In this document: piece after piece, positions 10,177 through 20,385 of the stretch
Position numbering within the stretch: the stretch's first letter is position 1
Layout of the letters: each line of letters begins with the position of its first letter
NCBI GenBank assembly: GCA_965267575.1
Contig: OZ254086.1
Span: forward strand, 1,408,001 to 1,472,000
Length of the DNA stretch: 64,000 bases
Source: Calditrichales bacterium
GTDB taxonomy: Bacteria > Calditrichota > Calditrichia > Calditrichales > J004
Reading direction: 5' to 3'
Position numbers and translations under genes: made by a program
Notes under the pieces: model-generated
What the model was told of the DNA's origin: nothing
Databases searched by the model: none
What the model saw: the letters and a program-made list of their open reading frames with translations, nothing else

Positions 10177-11891
10177 TGGGCGATCTCTTCACTCAGCTTG
10201 CGTTGAAATGTTTTGTGCTGCTCCAGGTTAGCGACGCGTTCGGACTCTATTTCGATAAGGTGATGGCCGCTCTTATTTTGCAAAAGTGCGGCTAACTCTT
10301 TTAGCGAGGCCGGACGCGCGTATTGCAGGCCGAACATATTAGCCGCGTGCTCAAAATGGAGGTCATGTGGCGTCCCAAAAAACGGCTCAAAAACGGGTGC
10401 GTGTTTTGCAACCGGCAGAAAATGAAAAATGCCCCCGCCGTGATTGTTGATGACGACTATCGTGGCCTGCTGCTCCAGCGCTTTTACAAGTTGCAGACTG
10501 CTTAAATCGTGCAGCAGCGCCAGATCACCCATCAGCAGCATAAGCGGTTTGCCTGTACCCCGCGCAAATCCGGCCGCGCTGGCCACCGTACCATCGATGC
10601 CGCTGGCGCCGCGGTTGGCCGCAACAACGGGCGCCGGACTAACAGGCTGTGCGTACATATCCAAATCACGTACGGGCATGCTGGAGGCCATAAACAACGC
10701 CTTGCCCGCGCAAAAGCGGCTAAGGCACAGCGCAGCAGAGGCCTCGTTCAAGTCATCATCCAGTCCGGTAGCAATTTTCACGGCCATATGATCGTTTAGC
10801 TGCTTCATCCAGCGCCAGTCCCACGCCGGTTTTGCCTCTAATCCGGAGAGCGCCATACAAAAGGCTGCAATATCGGAGGTAACGCGCCAGGTTACTTTGT
10901 GTAATGGATCCACCCGCTTTTCACGTGGTGAGATATGGATGTATTGTTCAATATGCTTGCCCAGCCATTGCATTACTCTTTTCGACACGAACGGCCCTCC
11001 GAAATGCAAAACGGTTTTCCCTTTCAGCCGCTTGGCAAAGTCGTCATTCAGCAATAGCTGATCAAAATGGGCGATTAGATTGGAGCATGTGCCGTCCAGC
11101 CTTATCGGACAGGTAATGTCCGCTATCACCGGCAGGTTGAAATCTGACGCCAGTTTTTTTATAGCCTGCGCATCGGCTTGAGTTACGCGTCCGCATAAAA
11201 TAACACTGTTGCCCAGATCAATCCCGGCAAATTGATTGCCGGAAAATGAAACAAAAGGGTTCCCGCTGCTGATTTTGGTAAACGGCCGGTTGCCTTTGCT
11301 CCAGCCCTCCAATGGAGTCAGGTAATCCGGGTCGATGGGCTGCGGGTCGGGTGCCAGTGGTTCGCGGAACATGCAATTAAGGTGAACCGGCCCTGCATTC
11401 TGCCCAACGGACTTTTGCAGAGCATAATTGATTGTCGAAAGGACAAAAGGCGCCTCTATTTTTTCATCCGGGCAGGGCATTTCAAAAAACCAGCGTACGT
11501 ATCCGCCAAAAAGTTTTGTTTGATCAATAGTTTGGTTGGCGGCGGAATCTTTCAACTCCGGCGGACGGTCGGCGCTTAAGATAAGCAAGGGCAGGTTTTC
11601 CGAGGATGCCTCAATTACCGCCGGATAATAGTTGGCCGCCGCTGTCCCCGATGTGCACATCAAAACGGCCGGTTGACCGCTGGCCCTGGCGTGGCCCAGT
11701 GCGAAGAAAGCCGCGGCGCGCTCATCAAAAATAATGTGTGTATTGGCCCTGGGATTTTCAGCGGCAGCAAAGGTGAGCGGCGTACTGCGCGAACCGGGCG
11801 AAATGACAAAAGTGATGATGCCCTGCCGCGTCAGCTCCTCAACGATCAGGTCGCTCCACAGTTGGTTTAGATTTGCGGCAGCCTTCAACAT
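10152..11891 (-). CDS. menD: SEPHCHC synthase (ThDP-dependent)
   Basis: PGSRSTP, DERAAAF, NRGASGIDG, GDLALLHD. Confidence 0.96.
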   Translation of the reverse strand: MLKAAANLNQLWSDLIVEELTRQGIITFVISPGSRSTPLTFAAAENPRANTHIIFDERAAAFFALGHARASGQPAVLMCTSGTAAANYYPAVIEASSENLPLLILSADRPPELKDSAANQTIDQTKLFGGYVRWFFEMPCPDEKIEAPFVLSTINYALQKSVGQNAGPVHLNCMFREPLAPDPQPIDPDYLTPLEGWSKGNRPFTKISSGNPFVSFSGNQFAGIDLGNSVILCGRVTQADAQAIKKLASDFNLPVIADITCPIRLDGTCSNLIAHFDQLLLNDDFAKRLKGKTVLHFGGPFVSKRVMQWLGKHIEQYIHISPREKRVDPLHKVTWRVTSDIAAFCMALSGLEAKPAWDWRWMKQLNDHMAVKIATGLDDDLNEASAALCLSRFCAGKALFMASSMPVRDLDMYAQPVSPAPVVAANRGASGIDGTVASAAGFARGTGKPLMLLMGDLALLHDLSSLQLVKALEQQATIVVINNHGGGIFHFLPVAKHAPVFEPFFGTPHDLHFEHAANMFGLQYARPASLKELAALLQNKSGHHLIEIESERVANLEQHKTFQRKLSEEIAQWLKQNMA

Positions 11892-11906
11892 GGAGATGTC
11901 TTTCTG

Positions 11907-13337
11907 TTAGCGCGAGACAGAATGGGGTGTGTCCGCGGGAAGAATAGTTTCCTCGTCCTCAGGGGAGAGGGCACGCAGGAAGCTGGCGATTTTGCTTTCA
12001 ATCTCTTCCCACTCTTTTTCCGCATCGGAGCCTTGCACAATACCGGCTCCGGAGTAAAGGTAAAGATCTTTATGGTCAATCAATCCAGAGCGGATGGCTA
12101 CAGCAAATTCGGCCATATTCTGGCCTACCCAACCGACAGGTCCCGCATACCAGCCGCGGTCAAAAGGCTCAATCTTTTCAATCTCCTGCTGCGACGCTTC
12201 CGTTGGCACGCCGCCCACCGCCGGTGTGGGATGCAGACTGTCCAGAATATCCGGATCGGCCACTTCCGTGCGCAGTTCACCTTTAAACTGCAGTCGCAGG
12301 TGTTGCAATCGCGAAAGCTTTAAAACGTTCAGGCCGCCGTTTTGCTTACGGCTGCTGCAAATGCCATCGAGCGCCTGGCGGATGCTGTCCACCACATAGC
12401 GGTGTTCGCGCACGTCCTTTTCACTGTTCAGGAGATCCTGCTCCAGCTGTAAATCTTCTTCGGGGTTATGTCCGCGGCGGCGTGTGCCGGCAACGGCCTC
12501 TGTGTGGATCTGTCGTCCGCCTCGTTTGTACAGCTGCTCCGGTGTGCCGCCGATAAAGGCGATATTATGCTGCGGCTGGAAACAAAAATAGTAGGCACGG
12601 TGATTGTTAAGACGCAGCTTCCACAATAAGTCAATAACCGGGATATCCTGCTCAAAGCGAAACAGCGACTTACGCGCCAGGACGATCTTATCCAGTTTTT
12701 TCTGAGAAATAGCCTGCAAAGCCTCATCGATCTTGCGGTGCCAGACATTGCGTTCGGGCAAATCCTTACGCTCGTTCAGATCCGGCAGGCGTTTTATCTG
12801 CGGCGGCGCTTCAAACACGAGTTGATGCAATTGTTCGAGAACACGCTCCTGTGTCTGCTCGCGCGGCTCACTGTTCATCAGCGGAATGTTGGCGGCCAGA
12901 ACGGTCTCACTGCCTTCACGAAACACTTCGAACAGCGGCACTATAAAACGAAAGGATGTAAACGGCTGCCAGTGGAATCCCGAGCTGTGGCTGCGGCTGA
13001 AGCGCATGCCGCCGTAATAGCGTATCCCGGGTGAGGAATGTTTCAGATATTCGTTTAATCTGCTGAAAATAGCCTTGTTGTCTGCCGTAAGCGATCCGCA
13101 GACTACATCCGATTCGCCGACACCTGCCATTTCAAAGCGGCTTTCACGATCGCGCCAATAGGTTTTGGCGGCATTCTTCTGCGCGGCCAGCCAAAGCAGG
13201 GCGTCACATTTATTAAGGGCTATCTCTACGCGGATGATGCGTTTTGGTCCGCCCGGGGGCTCCTGTTCAATGGCCCGGTTAATGGCGTTTTCCAAATCGT
13301 TTTTTGCTGCGAAATATACAGAGCTGCACTGTGTCAT
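11907..13337 (-). CDS. menF: Isochorismate synthase
   Basis: KIVLAR, LHPTPAVGG, RGWYAG, AIRS. The start at 13337 overlaps the menG stop (TAATG). Confidence 0.92.
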   Translation of the reverse strand: MTQCSSVYFAAKNDLENAINRAIEQEPPGGPKRIIRVEIALNKCDALLWLAAQKNAAKTYWRDRESRFEMAGVGESDVVCGSLTADNKAIFSRLNEYLKHSSPGIRYYGGMRFSRSHSSGFHWQPFTSFRFIVPLFEVFREGSETVLAANIPLMNSEPREQTQERVLEQLHQLVFEAPPQIKRLPDLNERKDLPERNVWHRKIDEALQAISQKKLDKIVLARKSLFRFEQDIPVIDLLWKLRLNNHRAYYFCFQPQHNIAFIGGTPEQLYKRGGRQIHTEAVAGTRRRGHNPEEDLQLEQDLLNSEKDVREHRYVVDSIRQALDGICSSRKQNGGLNVLKLSRLQHLRLQFKGELRTEVADPDILDSLHPTPAVGGVPTEASQQEIEKIEPFDRGWYAGPVGWVGQNMAEFAVAIRSGLIDHKDLYLYSGAGIVQGSDAEKEWEEIESKIASFLRALSPEDEETILPADTPHSVSR

Positions 13338-14101
13338 TACGATGTTGTTTTGTCTCCGCTGTAAATCGTTGCAATTCCAAAAGTAAGCGGCTTTTGTTTT
13401 ACATTCCTGTATCCGTTTTCCTCCATCAGACGGCAAAAAGCGTCGCCGTACGGGAAGCTTTCAACAGTTTTATTGAGATACCTGTAGGCGTAACTGTCTC
13501 CGGAAAGTGACCCGCCGATGATCGGCAAAATATGGCGAAAATAAAAAAGATACAGCTTTTTCATCAAGCTGTTTTTTGGCAGGGAGAATTCAAGCACCAG
13601 CAGGCGACCGCCATGCTTCAGAACGCGTTTCATGTTTTGCAGGGAGCGACTCACGTCGGTTACGTTGCGTATGCCAAAAGCGATAGTCACCACATCAAAG
13701 GCCGCTTCATCCAGCGCAATTTCCGTGGCGTCACCGGTTTGCAACTTTAAGCGATTGTCCAGCTGCAGACGTTGCAGCTTTTCGCGGCCCACGCTGAGCA
13801 TTTTTTCAGACATATCGATGCCCACGCCTTCAATCCGGGCGGAGGCATGCTTTTGCAGGGAGATCAGTACATCAGCGGTTCCGGTAGCTACATCGAGTAC
13901 GCGCAGCTTTTGGCCGGCGGGCAGAAGGCGCGCCAGTTTTTTGCGCCAGGCGACATCCTGCCGCAGAGAAAGCATGCGGTTTAACAGGTCATAACGGTGG
14001 GCAATGCGGTCAAACATGAGCCACACTTTTTGCCTGGAAATATCCTGTTGTTCTAAGCCGGTCTTGCTTTGAGGCATGGTATCCATGTTTGTGAAATTCA
14101 T
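13337..14101 (-). CDS. menG: Demethylmenaquinone methyltransferase (UbiE/MenG)
   Basis: MFDRIAHRYDLLN, LDVATGTAD, FGIRNV, LEFS. Confidence 0.93.
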   Translation of the reverse strand: MNFTNMDTMPQSKTGLEQQDISRQKVWLMFDRIAHRYDLLNRMLSLRQDVAWRKKLARLLPAGQKLRVLDVATGTADVLISLQKHASARIEGVGIDMSEKMLSVGREKLQRLQLDNRLKLQTGDATEIALDEAAFDVVTIAFGIRNVTDVSRSLQNMKRVLKHGGRLLVLEFSLPKNSLMKKLYLFYFRHILPIIGGSLSGDSYAYRYLNKTVESFPYGDAFCRLMEENGYRNVKQKPLTFGIATIYSGDKTTS

Positions 14102-14183
14102 CTCTTTTCCAATAAAGCGTAAACGCTAAATCTATCACAAATATTCAGTTTGGTCAAATGGATAAATGCTCTCTAAAACGGGA

Positions 14184-14209
14184 GAAGAAAAGGCGCCCCG
14201 AAGGACGCC
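14184..14209 (-). terminator. Intrinsic terminator
   Basis: Minus strand GGCGTCC-TTCG-GGGCGCC-TTTTCTT, immediately after the stop at 14220. Confidence 0.8.
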
Positions 14210-14219
14210 GGTTTTAGCT

Positions 14220-15125
14220 TTACTTGCGGTTTCGGGGTGTGGGCATGGCGCCGGGGCCCATTTCCGGCATATCTTTTTTCTTGAATCCCGAAGGGGGTAA
14301 AAAGGTACCGCTGGGATGGGACACTTCCTCAATGGATATCAGACGGTACATGGACACATCGCTGTAACCCGTCTCGGAGGAGATTTCCGTTGATGCAGCG
14401 GGCCAGCCTTCCTTGATGTTGTCCCATACTTTTCTTTCTGTTTTGGCGCCCATCGGGTCTATATCAAGCATGCCTTCAAAAGCCCTGCGTATATCCTCTT
14501 TCTCCGTTGTTATCCAGTATTGACGCCGTTCGCTGTCGCCAACAGAGACAATGTATTCCTCACAATCATAGCCGTTTACATTAAGGCTTCGCCCGGTGCT
14601 TTTTACGTCAACTGGCTGCTCCTCTTCACCGCCCATCATGCCCATTTGCTTCATCCGGGCTTTTGCTTCCGGCGGCATGTTGGCCATCATCTGCTCCATC
14701 GCCGGCATCTGTTGCGCCATCATCTTTTCCATTTGTTCGCGCATTTCGCGTACTTTTTCTATATCAATTTCATAGTACGAATTTTCAGCCCAGTTTATGG
14801 AGTAAATTTTCTGCTTACCCTGGTCCATGATGTGGCTCATTTTATCGCCTTCTTCCACCATGTCTACACGAAATTTGTCCTTGCCCAGATAAAGCACATT
14901 TTTTTCGTGTTCGGTTTCCAGATCACTCTTTTCAAGGCTGGTCTCAACTTCGTCCAGGCTTTTTCCAAAAAAGAAAGTGGCCATGTCATCAACCGAAGGG
15001 TCCTCGTTTTGCATAAGCGCGAAAATGGTTTCGGAATCAAGTGATAACTGCTCGGTCTCAACGAGGAAGTCCTGCGCGGGCAGCATGGCAAAGAACAATA
15101 ATATAAAAGTTAAAAGAAAACGCAT
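14220..15125 (-). CDS. Secreted DUF4412-like protein with Met-rich linker
   Basis: Signal peptide; TG..VNGYDCEEY and F.PPSGFKK pattern. Confidence 0.7.
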   Translation of the reverse strand: MRFLLTFILLFFAMLPAQDFLVETEQLSLDSETIFALMQNEDPSVDDMATFFFGKSLDEVETSLEKSDLETEHEKNVLYLGKDKFRVDMVEEGDKMSHIMDQGKQKIYSINWAENSYYEIDIEKVREMREQMEKMMAQQMPAMEQMMANMPPEAKARMKQMGMMGGEEEQPVDVKSTGRSLNVNGYDCEEYIVSVGDSERRQYWITTEKEDIRRAFEGMLDIDPMGAKTERKVWDNIKEGWPAASTEISSETGYSDVSMYRLISIEEVSHPSGTFLPPSGFKKKDMPEMGPGAMPTPRNRK

Positions 15126-15301
15126 GGTGAACGTCCTTTCATTTAATAAGAAGTAAACACGCGGGTAAAAAGTAATCGGGAAATATCGTTATGGCCATCA
15201 ATATATGAAAAGTTGTATCTGCGTTGAATTAAATTTTTATGTGGTTTATCTTGCTGCTTTCATTTTCTCGTTACTTTTCACATCATAACACAGGAATGGT
15301 C

Positions 15302-16858
15302 ATGTCACAATCCAAAAAGATTGAAAAAAACGGCAACGGTTCGTTTTTGCTCAAGGCGCTGAACTGGATTGAGGTAATCGGCAACAAGCTGCCCGATCCG
15401 GCGATGCTCTTTTTGTTTGGTCTGTTTATCGTCTGGATTCTCTCCTGGCTGCTGGCTCCGGTTGCTTTTTCGGAAATAAACCCGCGTACGGGCGATCCCA
15501 TTCAGGTAATAAATCTTTTAACGGGAGCCAATATTGCCAATTTCCTTTCTACGATGGTCAACACCTTCGTCAACTTTGTACCGCTTGGTGTCGTGCTTGT
15601 CGCCATGCTTGGTGTAGGCGTTGCCGAACACTCCGGATACATTAATGCCGGGCTCAAATTGTTGCTCAATTTCACTCCTAAATCTCTGCTGACACCGATG
15701 GTGATTTTGGTCGGAATCATCAGTCACACGGCGGTGGATGCCGGCTATGTGCTTGTGATACCGCTTGGCGGTGTAATTTTCTATGCCGCGGGAAGGCATC
15801 CTCTGGCGGGTATTGCGGCGGCATTTGCCGGGGTGTCCGGCGGCTTTAGCGCCAACTTTGTGCCGTCTGCGATTGACCCCTTGCTGCAGGGCTTTACGCA
15901 GGCAGCCGCGCAGATACTTGATACAAGCTATGAAGTGAATCCGCTGTGTAACTACTACTTCACCGCCTCGTCCGGTATCATCATCATTGCCCTTGGCTGG
16001 TTGCTAACGGACAAGGTGATTGAGCCGCGACTGGATAAAAACGATCCCGTCGATGAAGACGCAGAAGAGACGCCCGAGATGGAAAATCTGGGAAGCAAAG
16101 AAAAGGCGGCTTTTTGGGTTGCCACCGCTACCATTATCCTCGGGCTGGTCATTTTGTTCTTTGCAGCGATTCCTGCTGACTCGCCGCTGCGTGATGCCGA
16201 AGGCGCGCTGGATTCCTTCCGCGCACCGCTGATGCAATCGATTGTACCGCTTATCTTTATTCTCTTCTGGATTCCGGGCATGGTTTTTGGCTTTATGACC
16301 AAAACCTTCAAATCGGCCAAGGACATGATCGATACGATGACCAAGGCGATGAACGGTATGAGCTACTACATCGTGATGGCCTTTTTCTGCGCACTGTTTA
16401 TTGACGCTTTTGGCGATTCCAATATCGGCGCTTTGCTGGCCCTGAAGGGCGCTTCCTTCTTGCAGGCGCTTGCTTTACCCGGCGAGGTAACGATCGTAGG
16501 CATTATTTTTCTGACCGCGTTTGTAAACCTGTTTGTTGGCTCGGCCAGCGCCAAGTGGGCTTTAATCGGTCCCATTTTTGTGCCGATGCTGATGCAGGTG
16601 GGTATTTCACCGGAACTGACGCAAGCCGCATACAGGGTTGGGGATTCTTCTTCAAACATCATTACGCCGCTGATGCCCTATTTCCCGCTGGTAGTGGTTT
16701 TCTGTCAGCGCTATGTAAAGAAAACGGGAATCGGAACTCTCATCTCAATGATGTTACCTTATTCCGTCGTTTTCCTGATCGTCTGGTCTATTTACCTGGT
16801 GATTTACTGGATTCTTGGTATCCCGCTGGGTCTGCAGGCCACGTACGTTTACCCGTAA
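15302..16858 (+). CDS. AbgT family transporter
   Basis: [51 protein letters not shown]. The start is uncertain (15296 or 15302). Confidence 0.93.
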   Translation: MSQSKKIEKNGNGSFLLKALNWIEVIGNKLPDPAMLFLFGLFIVWILSWLLAPVAFSEINPRTGDPIQVINLLTGANIANFLSTMVNTFVNFVPLGVVLVAMLGVGVAEHSGYINAGLKLLLNFTPKSLLTPMVILVGIISHTAVDAGYVLVIPLGGVIFYAAGRHPLAGIAAAFAGVSGGFSANFVPSAIDPLLQGFTQAAAQILDTSYEVNPLCNYYFTASSGIIIIALGWLLTDKVIEPRLDKNDPVDEDAEETPEMENLGSKEKAAFWVATATIILGLVILFFAAIPADSPLRDAEGALDSFRAPLMQSIVPLIFILFWIPGMVFGFMTKTFKSAKDMIDTMTKAMNGMSYYIVMAFFCALFIDAFGDSNIGALLALKGASFLQALALPGEVTIVGIIFLTAFVNLFVGSASAKWALIGPIFVPMLMQVGISPELTQAAYRVGDSSSNIITPLMPYFPLVVVFCQRYVKKTGIGTLISMMLPYSVVFLIVWSIYLVIYWILGIPLGLQATYVYP

Positions 16859-16862
16859 AAAC

Positions 16863-16898
16863 AAAAAAAGGGAGCCAAAATTGGCTCCCTTTTTCTTT
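16863..16898. terminator. Bidirectional intrinsic terminator
   Basis: A7-GGGAGCCAA..TTGGCTCCC-T5 between convergent genes. Confidence 0.85.
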
Positions 16899-16906
16899 AT
16901 TAGAAG

Positions 16907-17485
16907 TTATTGTGTTATTACCTCTGCCTGCTGCTCCATTTCCTGTTCGTCCGGCAAACTCTCTACAAGCTGCTTAAAGTTTTGCAGCCCCTGCTCGAAC
17001 TGCGGCCCGATCATGCCTTCCATGCCCAGGTTCATATAGCGCATCATGTAACTGGGGCTCTCACCCTCGATCGCCCAGGTTACGTCGGTCGTCGTACTGT
17101 CAATTTCTTCAAAAGTCCATAGATCTTTGGCAACGGACTGGTAGGGGGATACAAATTCCAGCCGGCTCTCGATGCGGCTGTAAGGTTCAAAAGAAACAAG
17201 AGTCAGACTGCCAACACCGACCGTGTCACCTTCCCATGACCATTTGGAGCCTACTTCGCCCGGTGTGCCGCTCATTTCATCATAGGCGGATGGTTCCATT
17301 TGTGACCATGGATTCCACTCCAAATAGTATTCATAATTTTTGGCGATCATAAATGTTTTTTCCACAGGCGCGTTCACTGTGACGGAACGCTCCACCCTGT
17401 ATTCGGAATCGACAAAAGCCGGAATGATCACAATGATTAGGACAATAACGGCAACGGCGATTAAAATACCCTTGAGTATTTTCAT
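16907..17485 (-). CDS. SRPBCC (polyketide cyclase-like) protein with N-terminal anchor
   Basis: VERSVTVNAP, WNPW, WEG..VGVG, GPQFEQGLQNFK. Confidence 0.85.
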   Translation of the reverse strand: MKILKGILIAVAVIVLIIVIIPAFVDSEYRVERSVTVNAPVEKTFMIAKNYEYYLEWNPWSQMEPSAYDEMSGTPGEVGSKWSWEGDTVGVGSLTLVSFEPYSRIESRLEFVSPYQSVAKDLWTFEEIDSTTTDVTWAIEGESPSYMMRYMNLGMEGMIGPQFEQGLQNFKQLVESLPDEQEMEQQAEVITQ

Positions 17486-17562
17486 ACTTCCTCCCCTGAG
17501 TAATGAGTTTAGTCGTTGGAGCCTGAATATAGCCTAAAAAGCGTGAGGATAAAAGAATGACT

Positions 17563-18579
17563 TTAAATGACAATAATTTCGCCGCCCGCCGCGTCCATAA
17601 CTTTGCGCCACTGCTGCTGATGGCGCAGCCGGGCAATCTCCAGTTGATGCCATAGCGCGTCAGGATTGGCCAGGCTGATGTTTTTATTGAAATATGCTTT
17701 GAATGAATCAGGGGAGGTATCCCTCATAACAGCGTACATGCGGTTAACCGGCGTCAAAACGCGACGTGCCTTTTCAGAAAGAAGCTCAATTTCTGCATCC
17801 ACATCCTTGCTGTAAACTTCCTCATAAAGCACGGAGAGTCTCTCTAAATCGGACGGGCTTACACCTCTGTCCAGTGTGTTTTCCAGGAGGTCGGACAAGG
17901 CATTAAGCGTGTGCGTTGTCTGCTCAAGGTCGGCCATCAGCGCCCCCATAACGCCCCCGCGACGGATAACCACAAGGTATTTATCCATGGTTTGCGGCGG
18001 ACCGGGATTTTTATTGGACAGGCTGATGCTTATCTCGGAGAGCTTAAGCAGGCTGAATGAAAGGGCGGCTATTTCGGCGCTTGTCGTTTCACCCGCATCG
18101 CTCAGGGAAAAACAGCGCTGGAATTCTTCCGCGGCAAACGTTGCGTTCCAGAACGCGGGCAGCAGATTTTCCCGTTTCAGTGCTTTGTATTCATTGAGAT
18201 TCTGATAGGCCAGGGGCTCGTTACTGCTGTCAATTCCGGCCAGGCAACTCCCCGCTTCGTTAAAAAAGCGCCACTCGTACAGCAGACGCTCGCTGGCCGG
18301 CATAACCCTGCCCAGGATGCTGTTGCGCTGCGCCAGTAAATCGCTCAGGCCGCAGCCGTCATAATCAAACATATCGAAGAAACCGATCCGCGTTTCCTGC
18401 AGCTTCACCTGGACGGCACGCTTGCGTGGATAATTTTCCAGACTGCTGGAGAAGGGGGCAACCGGCTGGCCCAGTATGCTGGACAGGCTGTCGGCATAAG
18501 CGTTATCCAATGATGATTTCTTTCCGGATTGACAGCTTACTAAAAAAAACAGGGCGATTAAGATTAAAAGAGATTTCAC
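17563..18579 (-). CDS. Lipoprotein, DUF3080-like
   Basis: Lipobox LVSC; C.LSDLLAQRNSILGRVMPASERLLYEW motif recalled from DUF3080. Confidence 0.65.
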   Translation of the reverse strand: MKSLLILIALFFLVSCQSGKKSSLDNAYADSLSSILGQPVAPFSSSLENYPRKRAVQVKLQETRIGFFDMFDYDGCGLSDLLAQRNSILGRVMPASERLLYEWRFFNEAGSCLAGIDSSNEPLAYQNLNEYKALKRENLLPAFWNATFAAEEFQRCFSLSDAGETTSAEIAALSFSLLKLSEISISLSNKNPGPPQTMDKYLVVIRRGGVMGALMADLEQTTHTLNALSDLLENTLDRGVSPSDLERLSVLYEEVYSKDVDAEIELLSEKARRVLTPVNRMYAVMRDTSPDSFKAYFNKNISLANPDALWHQLEIARLRHQQQWRKVMDAAGGEIIVI

Positions 18580-18591
18580 TTTTCCACACTT

Positions 18592-19245
18592 TCAGGATTT
18601 GGCGGCTGCCGGTTTACGGCGCTGGTAATAGCGGCAGTAGTCGCTGAGAAAACACTCTTCACAAAGCGGATTGCGTGCACGGCAAACTTTGCGTCCATGC
18701 CAGATCAGCCAGTGATGCGCCGCCGACCACTTTTCAGTAGCGATATTTTTCATCAACTGCTCTTCTGTCTTCAGCACGTTTTTGGCATTGGCCAGTCCTA
18801 TGCGATTGCTTACACGAAATACGTGTGTATCAACGGCGATGGCCGGAAAATCGCTGGTTATGCTTAAAACCACGTTGGCTGTTTTGCGGCCTACGCCGGG
18901 CAATTTTACCAACTCTTCGCGTGTTTGAGGCACCCGGCCATTGTATTGCTCCGCCAGGATGCGGCACGTTTCAACAACGTTTTTAGCTTTGGATTTATAC
19001 AGTCCGACCGTTTTTATATACTCTTCCATTTCGGCGGTGCTAAGCTGCGCCATCGAAGCGGCATCAGGGTAATCACGGTAAAGTTCTTTGGTGACAATGT
19101 TGACCCGCTTGTCCGTGCTCTGTGCTGCCAGCATGGTTGAAATCAGCAATTGGAAAGGCGTCGTGTAATCCAGCGCGGTTTCCGTTCCGCCATACTCCTT
19201 TTCAAGAAGTTCCAGGGCCTTTTTGTTTTTTTCTTTGCGCGTCAT
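18592..19245 (-). CDS. nth: Endonuclease III
   Basis: HhH LPGVGRKTANVV, VDTHVFRV, Fe-S motif C-x6-C-x2-C-x5-C. Confidence 0.96.
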   Translation of the reverse strand: MTRKEKNKKALELLEKEYGGTETALDYTTPFQLLISTMLAAQSTDKRVNIVTKELYRDYPDAASMAQLSTAEMEEYIKTVGLYKSKAKNVVETCRILAEQYNGRVPQTREELVKLPGVGRKTANVVLSITSDFPAIAVDTHVFRVSNRIGLANAKNVLKTEEQLMKNIATEKWSAAHHWLIWHGRKVCRARNPLCEECFLSDYCRYYQRRKPAAAKS

Positions 19246-19375
19246 CCTTCACATCCTTTTTGAAAACGCCATCAAGTTAGGGTTCCCGCCTATTTTTTTC
19301 AAAAAGGAAGCTTTCACCTCTATCGGATAATTTTCTATATTGCCGCTTTTAACAGCACAACAGGAGATTATATTC

Positions 19376-20302
19376 GTGAGCGGTGAAGAGAAAAAGCTTT
19401 TGCGGCCGTCGGTCGAGGAGATCGACGCCATCCTCGGTAAACAGTTTAAGGTGCTCGACGATGGCTTTATACGCGTTGTCGATTACATGGGCAGTGATGC
19501 TGCCATCGTGCAGGCTGCGCGCGTTTCCTATGGCGAAGGGACAAAAAAGGTGCATGAGGATCGTGGATTGATCCGCTACCTGATGCGCCACCGCCATACC
19601 ACGCCGTTTGAAATGTGTGAGATAAAATTCCATGTACGCGTGCCGATGGACGCCTGGCGCCAGTGGATTCGCCACCGCACGGCCAACGTTAACGAATACA
19701 GCACGCGCTATTCCGTGGCAATCGACGCGGCGCAGGCAACGGAACCCGGGGGATGGCGTTCACAATCGGATTCCAACAGGCAGGGCAGCGCCGGCTATCT
19801 GCCAAAAGATCTGGGCCGTGAACTGACGGAGCAGGAAAAAGAGCTGCATGAAACCAGCCGCCGCATTTATGAAGAGCGCCTGGAAAAAGGCGTTGCCCGC
19901 GAACAGGCGCGCAAGGATCTGCCCCTTTGCACCTACACCGAAGCGTATTGGAAAATCGATCTGCACAACCTGTTGCACTTTCTTTCCCTGCGCATGGACA
20001 GCCACGCGCAATACGAAATCCGTGCCTACGCCGAAGTGATCGGAAAAGAAGTTGTCAGCCGCTGGTGCCCGGCAGTCTGGGAAGCGTTTATGGATTACCG
20101 CGCCAACGCCCGCTTTTTATCCGGCATCGATGTCCAGGTAATACGCGAGCTGGCTGCCGGCAACCCGCAAGAGGCCACTAAAATTTTGGAAGAGGCCGGT
20201 ATGATCAAATACCGCGACGGCAAGCGCCTTCGCAACCGTGAAAGAGCCGAGCTGGAGGCCAAATTGGAAGAGTTGAACCTGCCGGTACCGTGGAAGGAGT
20301 AA
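19376..20302 (+). CDS. thyX: Flavin-dependent thymidylate synthase
   Basis: AARVSY, HTTPFE, RHRTANVNEYSTRY (RHRx7S), AREQAR, HAQYEIR; GTG start after AGGAG. Confidence 0.95.
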   Translation: MSGEEKKLLRPSVEEIDAILGKQFKVLDDGFIRVVDYMGSDAAIVQAARVSYGEGTKKVHEDRGLIRYLMRHRHTTPFEMCEIKFHVRVPMDAWRQWIRHRTANVNEYSTRYSVAIDAAQATEPGGWRSQSDSNRQGSAGYLPKDLGRELTEQEKELHETSRRIYEERLEKGVAREQARKDLPLCTYTEAYWKIDLHNLLHFLSLRMDSHAQYEIRAYAEVIGKEVVSRWCPAVWEAFMDYRANARFLSGIDVQVIRELAAGNPQEATKILEEAGMIKYRDGKRLRNRERAELEAKLEELNLPVPWKE

Positions 20303-20335
20303 AAATTCCAAATTGGCAAATGCCAAATAACAAAT
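20303..20335 (+). repeat. Degenerate 7-8-nt tandem repeat (AAATNNC)
   Basis: aaattcc aaattggc aaatgcc aaataac aaat directly after the thyX stop. Confidence 0.5.
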
Positions 20336-20385
20336 GAGCACCCTCCTTTGGCGACACGGGCAACAAAGGGATACTGCCAAACTGC

